Shown piece after piece: positions 25,033-34,693 of a stretch of DNA of 64,000 bases. Numbering within the stretch: the first letter of the stretch is position 1; every line of letters begins with the position of its first letter. The stretch is from a virus: positions 1 to 64,000 of the IMG/VR virus record IMGVR_UViG_3300017917_002762. One strand, given 5' to 3'. The notes under the pieces are model-generated. The model was given only the letters and a program-made list of their open reading frames with translations, searched no databases and was not told the origin of the DNA. The translations under genes and the position numbers were made by a program.

Positions 25033-25386
25033 ATGAATATAATAGTTAATTTTGAAACAGCTAAGTTTTTAAAAGATGTTAAAGGATTTGAACCTGAAAG
25101 TAAAGCGTTTTATGATGGTTCAGGAGAATTGTTTTATTATAATTATTCTAATAATGTAATGCAAAGATTTAGATACGCAGCTCCAACCATTACAGAAGTA
25201 GTAATGTGGTTGTACGAGAAACATGGTATTTGGGTTAGTGTTACATTTAAAAGACACTCTCAAAATAAACATTTTTCTTATAATATTAGACAAGCAAATG
25301 GAATTGAAACTTATTTATGGGAACATAACTCACCAACAGAAGCATACGAAGCAGCTATTTTATATTGTCTAACTAATTTAATTTGA
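25033..25386 (+). CDS. Hypothetical protein, distant relative of paralogs A and B
   Basis: AKFLK..GF...APTITEVVMWLYEKH...EAYEAAI aligns loosely with PTFSQAFRWFREKY...YEEAELA. Confidence 0.7.
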   Translation: MNIIVNFETAKFLKDVKGFEPESKAFYDGSGELFYYNYSNNVMQRFRYAAPTITEVVMWLYEKHGIWVSVTFKRHSQNKHFSYNIRQANGIETYLWEHNSPTEAYEAAILYCLTNLI

Positions 25387-25390
25387 CAAA

Positions 25391-25696
25391 ATGGATGATT
25401 TAAAAGATTGGGATAATACTATAGCAGATGGATTAGATAATCCTGATAATGTATATTCACCATATTGCCCTGTATGTTCAGGATGTGGTGAAGAAGGATG
25501 TTGTTCTCCTTTAATTTGTAATCAATCACCTGATGGTCATTATTGTAAAACGTATTTAGCAGATTTACAATTTGGTTATAGAATGTATAAAGATTTAATG
25601 AAATTGGTTTTTAATGATGAAAAATACAAAAAACAAATAGACGATATTTTTGATAAGAATTATGATATAACATACAAAACAAATGAAAATGAATAA
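25391..25696 (+). CDS. Cys-rich hypothetical protein
   Basis: CPVCSGCGEEGCC...C...C. Confidence 0.7.
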   Translation: MDDLKDWDNTIADGLDNPDNVYSPYCPVCSGCGEEGCCSPLICNQSPDGHYCKTYLADLQFGYRMYKDLMKLVFNDEKYKKQIDDIFDKNYDITYKTNENE

Positions 25697-26783
25697 ATTA
25701 GATTTAGATTATCAAGATTTATTAAAAGATATTTTAGATAATGGAGTACAGAAAATAGATAGAACAGGTACAGGTACATTAAGTGTATTTGGTAGGCAAA
25801 TTCGTCATAAAATGAAAAATGGATTTCCACTACTTACTACTAAAAAAATGCATTGGAAATCTATTGTAACTGAACTATTGTGGTTTTTAAGGGGTGACAC
25901 AAACATCAAATACCTTGTTGATAATGATTGTCATATTTGGGATGGCGATGCCTATAAGGCGTATCAAAATAGAGATGGGAAGTGCTATTGTGGACACACT
26001 AATACATGCGACTGTGGGGATATATCAAAAGAAGAATTCATCAACAAAATTAAAACAGATGATGAGTTTGCTAAGAAATGGGGTGAATTAGGTCCAATTT
26101 ACGGTGCTCAATGGAGAGGTTGGGGAGAATATGGAGAACCAGACTTTGTAAAAGGTATAGATCAAATCCACAACCTAATCAATGAACTCAAAACAAATCC
26201 AGATAGTAGAAGATTGATGGTGAGTGCCTGGAATGTGGCAGATTTGTCGAGTGTAATTTTGCCCCCATGCCATTTCTCTTTCCAAGTTTATACGAGAGAA
26301 TTAAGTTTAGGGGAGAGGGGTGAGTTATTCACAAAAACATATCCTGGTAAATCATTTGACGATTTTGCATTAGGTGGGATGGAAATACAATCATTAAAAC
26401 ATCAATTAGATACAATTTATAATAATGCTAATATTCCAAAACGAGCAATCTCTTTAATGTGGAACCAACGTTCAGTAGATACATTTTTAGGTTTACCTTT
26501 TAATATTGCTTCTTATGGATTGTTACTTGAAATAATTGCTAAAGAAGTTAATATGGTTCCTGATGAATTGATTGGTAACTTAGGTGATGTTCATTTATAC
26601 AAAAATCATATTGAACAAGCTGCAGAACAATGTGGTAGAATTCCGTATGAACTACCTAAATTAGAAATTAGAAATGAAGTGAAATGGAATGAAGGTGATT
26701 GTTTACCTTATTACTCTGTTACTGATTTTGAAATAAAAAACTATCAATCACACCCAAGTATAAAAGCACCACTATCAAATTAA
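25683..26783 (+). CDS. thyA: Thymidylate synthase (ThyA) with two insertions
   Basis: DRTGTGT, FPLLTTKK, ELLWFL, catalytic PPCH and QRSVD.FLGLPFNIASY. Confidence 0.97.
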   Translation: MKMNKLDLDYQDLLKDILDNGVQKIDRTGTGTLSVFGRQIRHKMKNGFPLLTTKKMHWKSIVTELLWFLRGDTNIKYLVDNDCHIWDGDAYKAYQNRDGKCYCGHTNTCDCGDISKEEFINKIKTDDEFAKKWGELGPIYGAQWRGWGEYGEPDFVKGIDQIHNLINELKTNPDSRRLMVSAWNVADLSSVILPPCHFSFQVYTRELSLGERGELFTKTYPGKSFDDFALGGMEIQSLKHQLDTIYNNANIPKRAISLMWNQRSVDTFLGLPFNIASYGLLLEIIAKEVNMVPDELIGNLGDVHLYKNHIEQAAEQCGRIPYELPKLEIRNEVKWNEGDCLPYYSVTDFEIKNYQSHPSIKAPLSN

Positions 26784-26791
26784 TATTAAAA

Positions 26792-27883
26792 ATGGATAGA
26801 CAAAAAATTCAAAATGAAGCTATTAAATTATCACTTTTACATAAAAGATTAACATTAGCAATAAGTGTAGGTGTTGGTAAAACTTACATAGGATTACAAT
26901 ATTTAAAAGCTTTAAAATATATAGAGAAAAATCCTTTAAAAATATTAATTGTTTGTCCTAAAAATTCAATTATTGATTCTTGGAAATTAGAAGCTGATAA
27001 ATTTAATTTAACTAATATTTTAAATGAAGTTACATTTTCTACATATTTATCATTAAATAAACAAGATAATGATTATGATGTTATTATATTAGATGAAGTA
27101 CATTCTTTATTATTTTCACATGAAGAATATTTAAAAAATTGTAAATCAAGAATATTAGGATTAACAGGAACACCACCTAAAAATAGTTCTTCAGAAAAAG
27201 GAATTATGATAAATAGGTATTGTCCTATTCAATATGAATATCTTGTTACAGAAGCAGTAAATGATAAATTATTAAATGATTATAAAATATTTGTTCATTT
27301 TTTAAAATTAAATACTGCTAAAGAGTTACAAATAAATTATAAATCTGGTAGTTTTTTAACTTCTGAAGTTTCTAATTATTTATACTGGTGTACAAGAGTT
27401 GACACAGCTGTTTCAAAAAAATCAAAACAAATAGCTTCTGTAATGCGAATGAAAGCTATGATGGAATATCCTAGCAAAGAAAAATATGCTAAAGAATTAT
27501 TAGAAATTCAAAATAATAAAACAATAGTATTTTGTAATACGCAAGCTCAAGCTGATAGAATTTGTTTACATTCATATCACAGCGGAAATAAAGATAGTGA
27601 AGACAATTTATTATTATTTAAAGAAGGAACTATACAAAAATTAAGTTGTGTTTTACAATTAAATGAAGGAGTTAATATTTCTAATTTAAAATCAGGAATT
27701 ATTATGCATAGTTATGGAAATGAACGTAAAGCTCAACAACGTATAGGTCGATTATTGCGTTTAAATCCTAAAGAAACATCTGTTATACACATATTATGTT
27801 ATAAAAATACAGTAGATGAAAATTGGGTAAAAACTGCTTTAGAAGATTACGATCAAAATAAAATTATTTACTTAAACAATTAA
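26792..27883 (+). CDS. Superfamily 2 (UvsW/DEAD-like) helicase
   Basis: GVGKT, DEVH, LTGT, LNEG and QRIGRLLR. Confidence 0.9.
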   Translation: MDRQKIQNEAIKLSLLHKRLTLAISVGVGKTYIGLQYLKALKYIEKNPLKILIVCPKNSIIDSWKLEADKFNLTNILNEVTFSTYLSLNKQDNDYDVIILDEVHSLLFSHEEYLKNCKSRILGLTGTPPKNSSSEKGIMINRYCPIQYEYLVTEAVNDKLLNDYKIFVHFLKLNTAKELQINYKSGSFLTSEVSNYLYWCTRVDTAVSKKSKQIASVMRMKAMMEYPSKEKYAKELLEIQNNKTIVFCNTQAQADRICLHSYHSGNKDSEDNLLLFKEGTIQKLSCVLQLNEGVNISNLKSGIIMHSYGNERKAQQRIGRLLRLNPKETSVIHILCYKNTVDENWVKTALEDYDQNKIIYLNN

Positions 27884-27895
27884 AAAATTAAAATT

Positions 27896-28357
27896 ATGGG
27901 TTTAGACATGTATTTATATAAAAAAAATTATGTTAAAAATTGGAGTTTTACAAATCCTGAAGATAGACATGAAATTACTATAAAGAAAAATGGTGAAGAA
28001 GTTAAAAGTATAAATAAAGAAAAAATAGTTTATGTTATAGAAAAACTTGCTTATTGGAGAAAATTTAATGCATTACATAAATGGTTTGTAGATAATTGTC
28101 AAGATGGTATAGATGATTGTAAAGATGCTTATGTAAGTTTAGATAATTTAAAATATCTTTTAAATATTCTTAAAGAAATAAGTTTAGATAATTCTAAAGC
28201 TCATGAATTATTACCATCAAAAGAAGGATTTTTCTTTGGATTTACAGAATATGATGAATATTATTTTAATAAAATAAATGATACTATTAAAATTTTAGAA
28301 GAAATAATAAAAAATCATACATGTATTTCAGATTATATTTATAGTTCAAGTTGGTAA
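27896..28357 (+). CDS. Conserved hypothetical phage protein
   Basis: MGLDMYL...YWRKFNALHKWF...YSSSW. Confidence 0.8.
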   Translation: MGLDMYLYKKNYVKNWSFTNPEDRHEITIKKNGEEVKSINKEKIVYVIEKLAYWRKFNALHKWFVDNCQDGIDDCKDAYVSLDNLKYLLNILKEISLDNSKAHELLPSKEGFFFGFTEYDEYYFNKINDTIKILEEIIKNHTCISDYIYSSSW

Positions 28358-28360
28358 ATT

Positions 28361-28630
28361 ATGATAAAATTAAATATTGAACAATGGGATGAAGAATTTA
28401 TTCCTATTATGAATGGAGAATCGTATAAAGATTTTCATCCAAAAATTGTAAATGATGAAGAAAAAAAGATTTTAGAAAAAGCTTTGTTAGAAGATAGAGT
28501 ATGGACATTATTAGAAAGTGATAATGGTGATTTGTTTTTAGCAAATGGTTTACATTTTGTTAATAGAGTAGATGTTTTTATAACTGAAAAACCTTATAAT
28601 AAAAATGAAATTTATGAAATCTATTGGTAA
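28361..28630 (+). CDS. Hypothetical protein
   Basis: 89 aa ORF. Confidence 0.7.
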   Translation: MIKLNIEQWDEEFIPIMNGESYKDFHPKIVNDEEKKILEKALLEDRVWTLLESDNGDLFLANGLHFVNRVDVFITEKPYNKNEIYEIYW

Positions 28631-28916
28631 ACTTAAATGGAAGTATAAACCTTCAGGATTATGTCCTGTACAAGCAGAAGGTTGGTTTTTTGATTGGTAT
28701 TTTTATTTTAGATCTAGAAATTCTACAGCAACAATAGAATTTTCTAAAACAGAAGAAGATTGGCTTATTGATAACTGTATTAAATATGAGCTTTATAAAA
28801 CTAAAAATAAATATAAAGCAGGTCATATTTCAGAAAAATTTGCTTTATTTTTAATATACATAGGATTTGTAAAATTTTTATTTTATTTATTAAAGAAAAA
28901 ATATGAAAGCTTTTAA
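28605..28916 (+). CDS. Hypothetical protein with a C-terminal TM segment
   Basis: CPVQAEG...FYFRSR. Confidence 0.65.
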   Translation: MKFMKSIGKLKWKYKPSGLCPVQAEGWFFDWYFYFRSRNSTATIEFSKTEEDWLIDNCIKYELYKTKNKYKAGHISEKFALFLIYIGFVKFLFYLLKKKYESF

Positions 28917-29286
28917 AATTGATGTTGTATCACATTCTGTTTATGAAGTAGAAATTACTAAAGATATTAAAGACATTAATCAACAATTAGAATGTGAAAT
29001 ATTTACGGCTCCTTATTCTTTAGAAAATAATGATTGTCTTTTTGTAGATGATGAAGGATTACTTGTAGATGAATTTGATCTTAAAGGTGGTTTTTATATT
29101 GATAATTTACTATTTTTTGGACACGGTTTATTTATAGGAATTGATGATGAAGGAGATTCCGTAAATGTAAAATCAACTTTAGATGAAATTAAAAATAAAA
29201 TTAATTTTATTAAAAATGATTTGTATTTAAAATATAAATTTAATCAATTAAGAAATAATTCTTCATTTACTATAATATCTTTTTAA
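28903..29286 (+). CDS. DUF3846-like protein
   Basis: LFVDDEGLL...FFGHGLFIG.DDEG. Confidence 0.6.
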   Translation: MKAFKIDVVSHSVYEVEITKDIKDINQQLECEIFTAPYSLENNDCLFVDDEGLLVDEFDLKGGFYIDNLLFFGHGLFIGIDDEGDSVNVKSTLDEIKNKINFIKNDLYLKYKFNQLRNNSSFTIISF

Positions 29287-29287
29287 G

Positions 29288-29668
29288 ATGAATTATTATG
29301 GAAAACTAGTTAAAAAAAATGATAAGTTAGTACACACTAATAATACTAGTAAAAAATTATATGAAGATTTTATTAAAAACTTACCTGAAGATAGTATTGT
29401 TGAATTTTACGCTGACGTTTCTGAAAACAATGGTACATTAGCTCAAATTGCTAAAATTCATGCAATGATTAGATCATTATCTAATCATACAGGTAATGGA
29501 TTTGAAGAAATGAAATTATACGTTAAAGAAAAAGCTGGGATGTGTTATATACATCCCAGCTCATCAAAAATGATTTGTAAATCGTTTGGTGATTGTTCAA
29601 AAGAAGAATTAAGTTATGTTATTCAAACAATAACAGAAATTAGTCATTTTTTGAATTATCCTCTGTAA
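29288..29668 (+). CDS. Conserved hypothetical protein
   Basis: QIAKIHAMIR...KSFGDCSKEELS. Confidence 0.7.
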   Translation: MNYYGKLVKKNDKLVHTNNTSKKLYEDFIKNLPEDSIVEFYADVSENNGTLAQIAKIHAMIRSLSNHTGNGFEEMKLYVKEKAGMCYIHPSSSKMICKSFGDCSKEELSYVIQTITEISHFLNYPL

Positions 29669-29981
29669 CTTCTGAAATAAATTCATCAGCACTTTCTTCT
29701 ATTGATTTATATTCTACCATTTCATTTTTATCAGCTTCTTCAAATACAGCACGAATTAATGTTTGAACAGCAATAACTGCGCTCATCCATAATTCTAATT
29801 CTTTACTTGATTCTACTTTTTCTTGAAACATTTTTAAATCTTCTTCAGATTTATCTTGTAAAATAACAGTTATACAAGAAGATAATTGTTGTAAAAAACC
29901 TGTTCCTATTTTAATGTTTACAATAGCATCTTTTTTAAGAAAAGGCATTAATGTTTGATCGTCTAATTTTGATGTTGACAT
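29640..29981 (-). CDS. Conserved hypothetical protein (single minus-strand gene)
   Basis: 113 aa ORF; no competing plus-strand ORF. Confidence 0.7.
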   Translation of the reverse strand: MSTSKLDDQTLMPFLKKDAIVNIKIGTGFLQQLSSCITVILQDKSEEDLKMFQEKVESSKELELWMSAVIAVQTLIRAVFEEADKNEMVEYKSIEESADEFISEVTEDNSKND

Positions 29982-30003
29982 TTTAAATAATTTTTACAAA
30001 AAT

Positions 30004-30705
30004 ATGGATAATAAAGTAAACAAAGAAGAATTTAAAAAAATATTTATTGAAAAATTAAATAAATCAAATTGGAATTTTTTAAGTTCTTATATTAAAACTA
30101 ATGATTTTGATAATATATTAAATAAACTATATGAATTAAGAAAAGAAAATAAAAGATTTACACCTCCTGTAAAAGAAATGTTACAATGTTTTTATGATTG
30201 TGACTATAAAAGTTTAAAGATAATAATATTAGGAGATAGTCCATTTTCTAAAATTAATTATTCTAATGGTATTGCTTTTGATTGTTCTAAATCAAATGAT
30301 ATCGAACTTGATTTAAAAATTATGTTAGATGAAGTATTTAAAAAAAATAATATTAAAATTCCTAAAAAACATAACACTTCTTTAAAAAAATGGAGTGATC
30401 AAGGTATATTGTTATTAAATTCAAGTTTATCTATAGAAATAGATAAACAAAAAGGTCATTATAATATATGGAATGATTTTATAGTTTATATATTAGACTA
30501 TTTAAATTACAATAATGAAAATTTAATATTTTTATTATTAGGTGATAAAGCTAAAGAATACGAAGATTTATTAGATTCAGAAAAACATTACATATTTACA
30601 TTAAAACATCCTAATGAAACTACTTTAAAAGAAGGATGGGATACTAAAGATACTTTTCAAAAAATAAATACATTATTAAACAATAAAATAAACTGGCTAA
30701 ATTAA
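30004..30705 (+). CDS. ung: Uracil-DNA glycosylase family 1-like protein with altered catalytic motifs
   Basis: KIIILGDSPF, NGIAF, WSDQGILLLN, GH..IW and HP motifs. Confidence 0.75.
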   Translation: MDNKVNKEEFKKIFIEKLNKSNWNFLSSYIKTNDFDNILNKLYELRKENKRFTPPVKEMLQCFYDCDYKSLKIIILGDSPFSKINYSNGIAFDCSKSNDIELDLKIMLDEVFKKNNIKIPKKHNTSLKKWSDQGILLLNSSLSIEIDKQKGHYNIWNDFIVYILDYLNYNNENLIFLLLGDKAKEYEDLLDSEKHYIFTLKHPNETTLKEGWDTKDTFQKINTLLNNKINWLN

Positions 30706-30710
30706 AACTT

Positions 30711-31025
30711 ATGGCAACGACAATAGATTTAAAAATATCTAATTTACTAGAAGATCTTAATATGGGTCTCACTTGGTTAAAAAAAGAAGATTTTGGATAT
30801 GGTTCTATTCAAGAAAAATACAACATGAATGATCTACATGTAAAAATGATACAAAAACATCCAAAATTAATTAATGTTAGCCCTAACATTATTGTTTTTA
30901 ATATTATAGATGATGTTGATGTAGAAGAATATGAAAATAACAGTGATGTAGAACTATCTTTAAATGAAATTACAACTGAAAATATTAATAGTAATAACGA
31001 TTTAGAATTATTTAATACACTTTAA
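30711..31025 (+). CDS. Hypothetical protein
   Basis: 104 aa ORF. Confidence 0.7.
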   Translation: MATTIDLKISNLLEDLNMGLTWLKKEDFGYGSIQEKYNMNDLHVKMIQKHPKLINVSPNIIVFNIIDDVDVEEYENNSDVELSLNEITTENINSNNDLELFNTL

Positions 31026-31056
31026 TAAAAAAAAAATAAATAAAAAATAAAAAAAT

Positions 31057-32160
31057 ATGAAAAAAAATAACATTTTAGATACAAGAAAAATTGAAACATC
31101 GTTAATTAATAAAGAAGAAGTATTTAAGATGCTTGCATTGGCAGAAGCAACTAGTTTACCATTATTATTAGTTGGTCCTCCAGGTACAGGTAAAACTAAA
31201 ACTGTAATAGAATATTCAAAAGCATGGTTACAAAAAAGTAATAATACTGTTACCAATCAAGATTTTATTGATAAATTGTATATTTTAGAAACTGATGAAG
31301 GTACTAAAAATAGTGAAGTAAAAGGAATGCCCGATTTACAGAAGTTATTTACAGAAAATAAATACGAAATATTAGCTCCAATTAGTACAGCTGAAATTAT
31401 TGTAATTAATGAAGTAGATAAAGCTAGTAGTAATATTAGAAATTCTTTTTTAGGTGTAATGAATGAAAAATTCTTATTTAATGGTAAACATAAAATGCCA
31501 TGTAAATGGAAATTATTTGTAGCAACTTGTAATGAAATTCCTAAAGATGAGATCGATAATCCATTTTGGGATAGATTTATGTTAAAAATGAATGTTTCTA
31601 GAATTACTGCTAATGAAATTTCTAAGTATTACAGTAAAGGAGATAAAAATTATAAAGAATATGTAAATATTGCAGTTCCTTCTAAAGCTGAAATAAATAG
31701 TGTTCAATTAAGTGAAAGCAAGTTAGAAAAGTTTTTATCTATTGCTTATACTAATTTATCAGATAGAACTTTAACGTTTGTTCCATTTTTAACTAAAGCT
31801 ATTAGTTTAATTTGGAACATTAGTGTTGATAAAGCATTAATTAAATTAGTTTCTATTATGATAAATACACAAGCTTCTTCAAAGTTAAAAGATTTATTAT
31901 ATAATCAAGAAGTTAAAAATGTTTTAAATAGAATTGAAGTATTAAATACTTATTCAGATGAAAGTAGTTTATCTCAAGGATTAACAGAAATTGAAAACTT
32001 GGTAAGTTTATATGCATCTCAAAATAGAATTACGCAAGAAGATGTTGAAGAAATTGAACAAGTTTTAGCTTATACATTAGAAGAGCATAAAGTTAAAATT
32101 CAAGAAAATCTACAAAAAGAAGATAAAGCATTAGAAGTAATAGATGCAGATGCATTTTAA
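31057..32160 (+). CDS. MoxR/RavA-like AAA+ ATPase
   Basis: GPPGTGKT, INEVDKA, ATCNEIP and FWDRF. Confidence 0.9.
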   Translation: MKKNNILDTRKIETSLINKEEVFKMLALAEATSLPLLLVGPPGTGKTKTVIEYSKAWLQKSNNTVTNQDFIDKLYILETDEGTKNSEVKGMPDLQKLFTENKYEILAPISTAEIIVINEVDKASSNIRNSFLGVMNEKFLFNGKHKMPCKWKLFVATCNEIPKDEIDNPFWDRFMLKMNVSRITANEISKYYSKGDKNYKEYVNIAVPSKAEINSVQLSESKLEKFLSIAYTNLSDRTLTFVPFLTKAISLIWNISVDKALIKLVSIMINTQASSKLKDLLYNQEVKNVLNRIEVLNTYSDESSLSQGLTEIENLVSLYASQNRITQEDVEEIEQVLAYTLEEHKVKIQENLQKEDKALEVIDADAF

Positions 32161-32168
32161 TTTTATTT

Positions 32169-32199
32169 AAAGTGTGTGTAATAATTTTACACACACTTT
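32169..32199 (+). terminator. Hairpin between the AAA and VWA genes
   Basis: 13-bp stem aaagtgtgtgtaa/ttacacacacttt. Confidence 0.65.
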
Positions 32200-32229
32200 T
32201 ATTTTTTTTTATAATTCAATTTAAATTAC

Positions 32230-33813
32230 ATGGCTAAAATACAAAAAATCAGCACTATTGCTGAAAAAATTAAAAAAAATCAAATAAATGTATCTAACAT
32301 AAAAAAGTTTTCTTCAATTAATTATTATGAAAGAAAAGAATTAATTTCTCCTTATTTACATAATATTGATTCTGATATATTACTTAATATGGTAGATTTT
32401 AATATTAAATATAGATTTGATAAAACTGTATTTGAAAAATTAAAAACAGAAATAAATATTCATAATGAGACATCTTTAAAAAATGAAATTTTTAATGTTT
32501 TTACAAATATTCCAGATGAATTAATAAAAGATATATATAATCAATTATATAATAAAAGTAATAAATTAGATTATAAAAAAAGAGATAATTTAAATAAAAA
32601 TAAATATAATATTTTAGATAAAGCTAATGATTCTATTATTAAAATATTAAGTGAAAACTCTAATATAAAAAGTTCAATTTTTACAAATAAAGTAATGGAA
32701 TATATTATATATACTTTATTAGTATTAAAACATAAAGATAGAGATGCTTATCAAAATATAGTTGATTCTTTAAATAATCAAAAATCTTCAAATAATAATC
32801 AACAACAAGATTCTAACAATAATTCTAATAATGCAAATAACAATCAATCTAATGTTGATGATTCTGATGATGATAGTTTAGATAATAATCAAAACAATAA
32901 TAATCAAAATAATAATACTAATAATACTAATAGTGGTAATAGCGTTAGTAAAGTAGATGTTTTAGAAAAAGAATTAAATAAAAACAATAATATTTTTAAT
33001 GATCTTATAGATAAAGGTAAAGATATAATTGAAAATCTTAACACATTATATAATGAAGATGAATTAAATGATTTATGGAGTGATGAATCAGATATATTAA
33101 CTAATGAAATAGAAAATATTGAAAATTTAAGTAAAAAAATAGAAAAAATACAAGTTAGGTCATCAAATATTAAAAAACATATTCAAAAAATATTAGATAA
33201 ATCTTTATCGTATTTTTCTATTAATGAAATTGTAAAATATGATAATTTTTTAGATGATCCTAGTATTAGCGATATTTTAGATTATACATATTTACATCAA
33301 AATTTAAGAAAAGTATTAATTGATGATGTTCAAATTAAAAACTCTAAAAAAGTAGGTAAAGTAGATATTTATATTGATGTTTCAGGTTCTATGGATTGTT
33401 CAGCTTGTATTGAAGATGACCGCACAATTACTAAATTAGATTTTACAAAAGCTTTTTTATTAGAATTAAAAAAAATAAATATTATAAATGATATTTATAG
33501 ATTTGATACTAAAGTAAAAAAATTTAATTATGATAAAATCAAAGTATTAAGACTTCATACTGGAGGAGGAACTGATTTAGAAAAAGTAATTAAGCAAATA
33601 AAAAATAATGATAAAAATTCTATTGTCATTACAGATTGTGAAGATCATTTAGATATTTATGATAAAAAAGCATTTATTATTGGTGTTGCTGGATCTAGAT
33701 TTCATATGTTTAATCCTGAAACAATAGAAGAATATTCAACTAATAATCAAATACTTTATTTTGATGGAATAAATGTTTTAAAAATTGATAAAAGAGGAAA
33801 TCCTACAAAATAA
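32230..33813 (+). CDS. VWA-domain partner of the MoxR ATPase, with an N/Q/D low-complexity linker
   Basis: MIDAS motif DVSGSM...GGGTD...ITDCED. Confidence 0.88.
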   Translation: MAKIQKISTIAEKIKKNQINVSNIKKFSSINYYERKELISPYLHNIDSDILLNMVDFNIKYRFDKTVFEKLKTEINIHNETSLKNEIFNVFTNIPDELIKDIYNQLYNKSNKLDYKKRDNLNKNKYNILDKANDSIIKILSENSNIKSSIFTNKVMEYIIYTLLVLKHKDRDAYQNIVDSLNNQKSSNNNQQQDSNNNSNNANNNQSNVDDSDDDSLDNNQNNNNQNNNTNNTNSGNSVSKVDVLEKELNKNNNIFNDLIDKGKDIIENLNTLYNEDELNDLWSDESDILTNEIENIENLSKKIEKIQVRSSNIKKHIQKILDKSLSYFSINEIVKYDNFLDDPSISDILDYTYLHQNLRKVLIDDVQIKNSKKVGKVDIYIDVSGSMDCSACIEDDRTITKLDFTKAFLLELKKINIINDIYRFDTKVKKFNYDKIKVLRLHTGGGTDLEKVIKQIKNNDKNSIVITDCEDHLDIYDKKAFIIGVAGSRFHMFNPETIEEYSTNNQILYFDGINVLKIDKRGNPTK

Positions 33814-33825
33814 AAAAATTAAATT

Positions 33826-34182
33826 ATGATACAAAACAAAATCAGTAAAGAAACATTTGAATTGTCAAAGATTTATTCTTTATGTTCTAATGCTAAGTTA
33901 AGAACAGAAGTATTAATGAAATCTAAGAATGTTGAAGGTCAAGCAAAAGATTATTTAAGACGTTCAATTTTTAACAGATTAAATGCTATTGAAAATGATT
34001 TGAAAGCGTTATTCATTAACCATTCAAAAGATTTAGAAGTAATCAAAGAAGAAATGATAAGTGAAGAAGCTAGTCTTCAAAATGAAAATGTGCAAAATTT
34101 ATTTTTAGCATTACCTAAAGGGATTAGAGATGAGATAGAACGATATATTGAACAAAGACATTTTATTTACACTAACAATTAA
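33826..34182 (+). CDS. Hypothetical protein
   Basis: 118 aa ORF. Confidence 0.7.
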   Translation: MIQNKISKETFELSKIYSLCSNAKLRTEVLMKSKNVEGQAKDYLRRSIFNRLNAIENDLKALFINHSKDLEVIKEEMISEEASLQNENVQNLFLALPKGIRDEIERYIEQRHFIYTNN

Positions 34183-34235
34183 AGATTAAATCATGAAGTT
34201 ATTTACAGAATTTGCTATGACGGTCAATTATGTTT

Positions 34236-34615
34236 GTCTATAACGTTTTGCATATAGGCGAAAAATTTGAAACTAAAACTTAATTTAAAACAATAAATTT
34301 GATACTTATGAAAAATATTCTTATGAAACTAAAACGGCTTTTTTGCCTATGTGCTGTTAGCAGTAGTGCTTCACGACATTTCTTGTTTGCAGCAACATTT
34401 AAGTTAGATACTTATGAAACCGCTACACAGAATTTTGGATACGTTAGAAAATCAGATTTCCCAACAATTACAAACTTAAAAGATGTCGTAAGGTCATATC
34501 ATAAAAAGGTAAATGACATTGTAATACTTTCAATTAGTGAAGTTAAAGAAGATGAATTTAAGCGGTTTTTTTCGGAGCAGGATTAACATCTCGCACAACA
34601 CTAAACAAACGAAAC
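34236..34615 (+). mobile_element. Integron-like cassette locus 2 (one attC-like site plus one cassette)
   Basis: TAACGTTTTGCA...GTGCTGTTA, identical to site 1; stem 34254-34265/34339-34350; same terminal motif as array 1. Confidence 0.7.
34308..34586 (+). CDS. Cassette protein whose N-terminus is read through the attC-like site
   Basis: Start lies in the attC loop; LCAVSSSA is encoded by the GTGCTGTTAGCAGTAGTGCT box. Confidence 0.6.
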   Translation: MKNILMKLKRLFCLCAVSSSASRHFLFAATFKLDTYETATQNFGYVRKSDFPTITNLKDVVRSYHKKVNDIVILSISEVKEDEFKRFFSEQD

Positions 34616-34665
34616 TAATTATCCTAAAAAAAATAAATGAAAAATAAAATCGAAAATAAACTAAC

Positions 34666-34689
34666 AAAGCCCTATTAATTTAGGGCTTT
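34666..34689. terminator. Bidirectional terminator at a convergent junction
   Basis: aaagcccta/tagggcttt stem. Confidence 0.7.
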
Positions 34690-34693
34690 ACTT

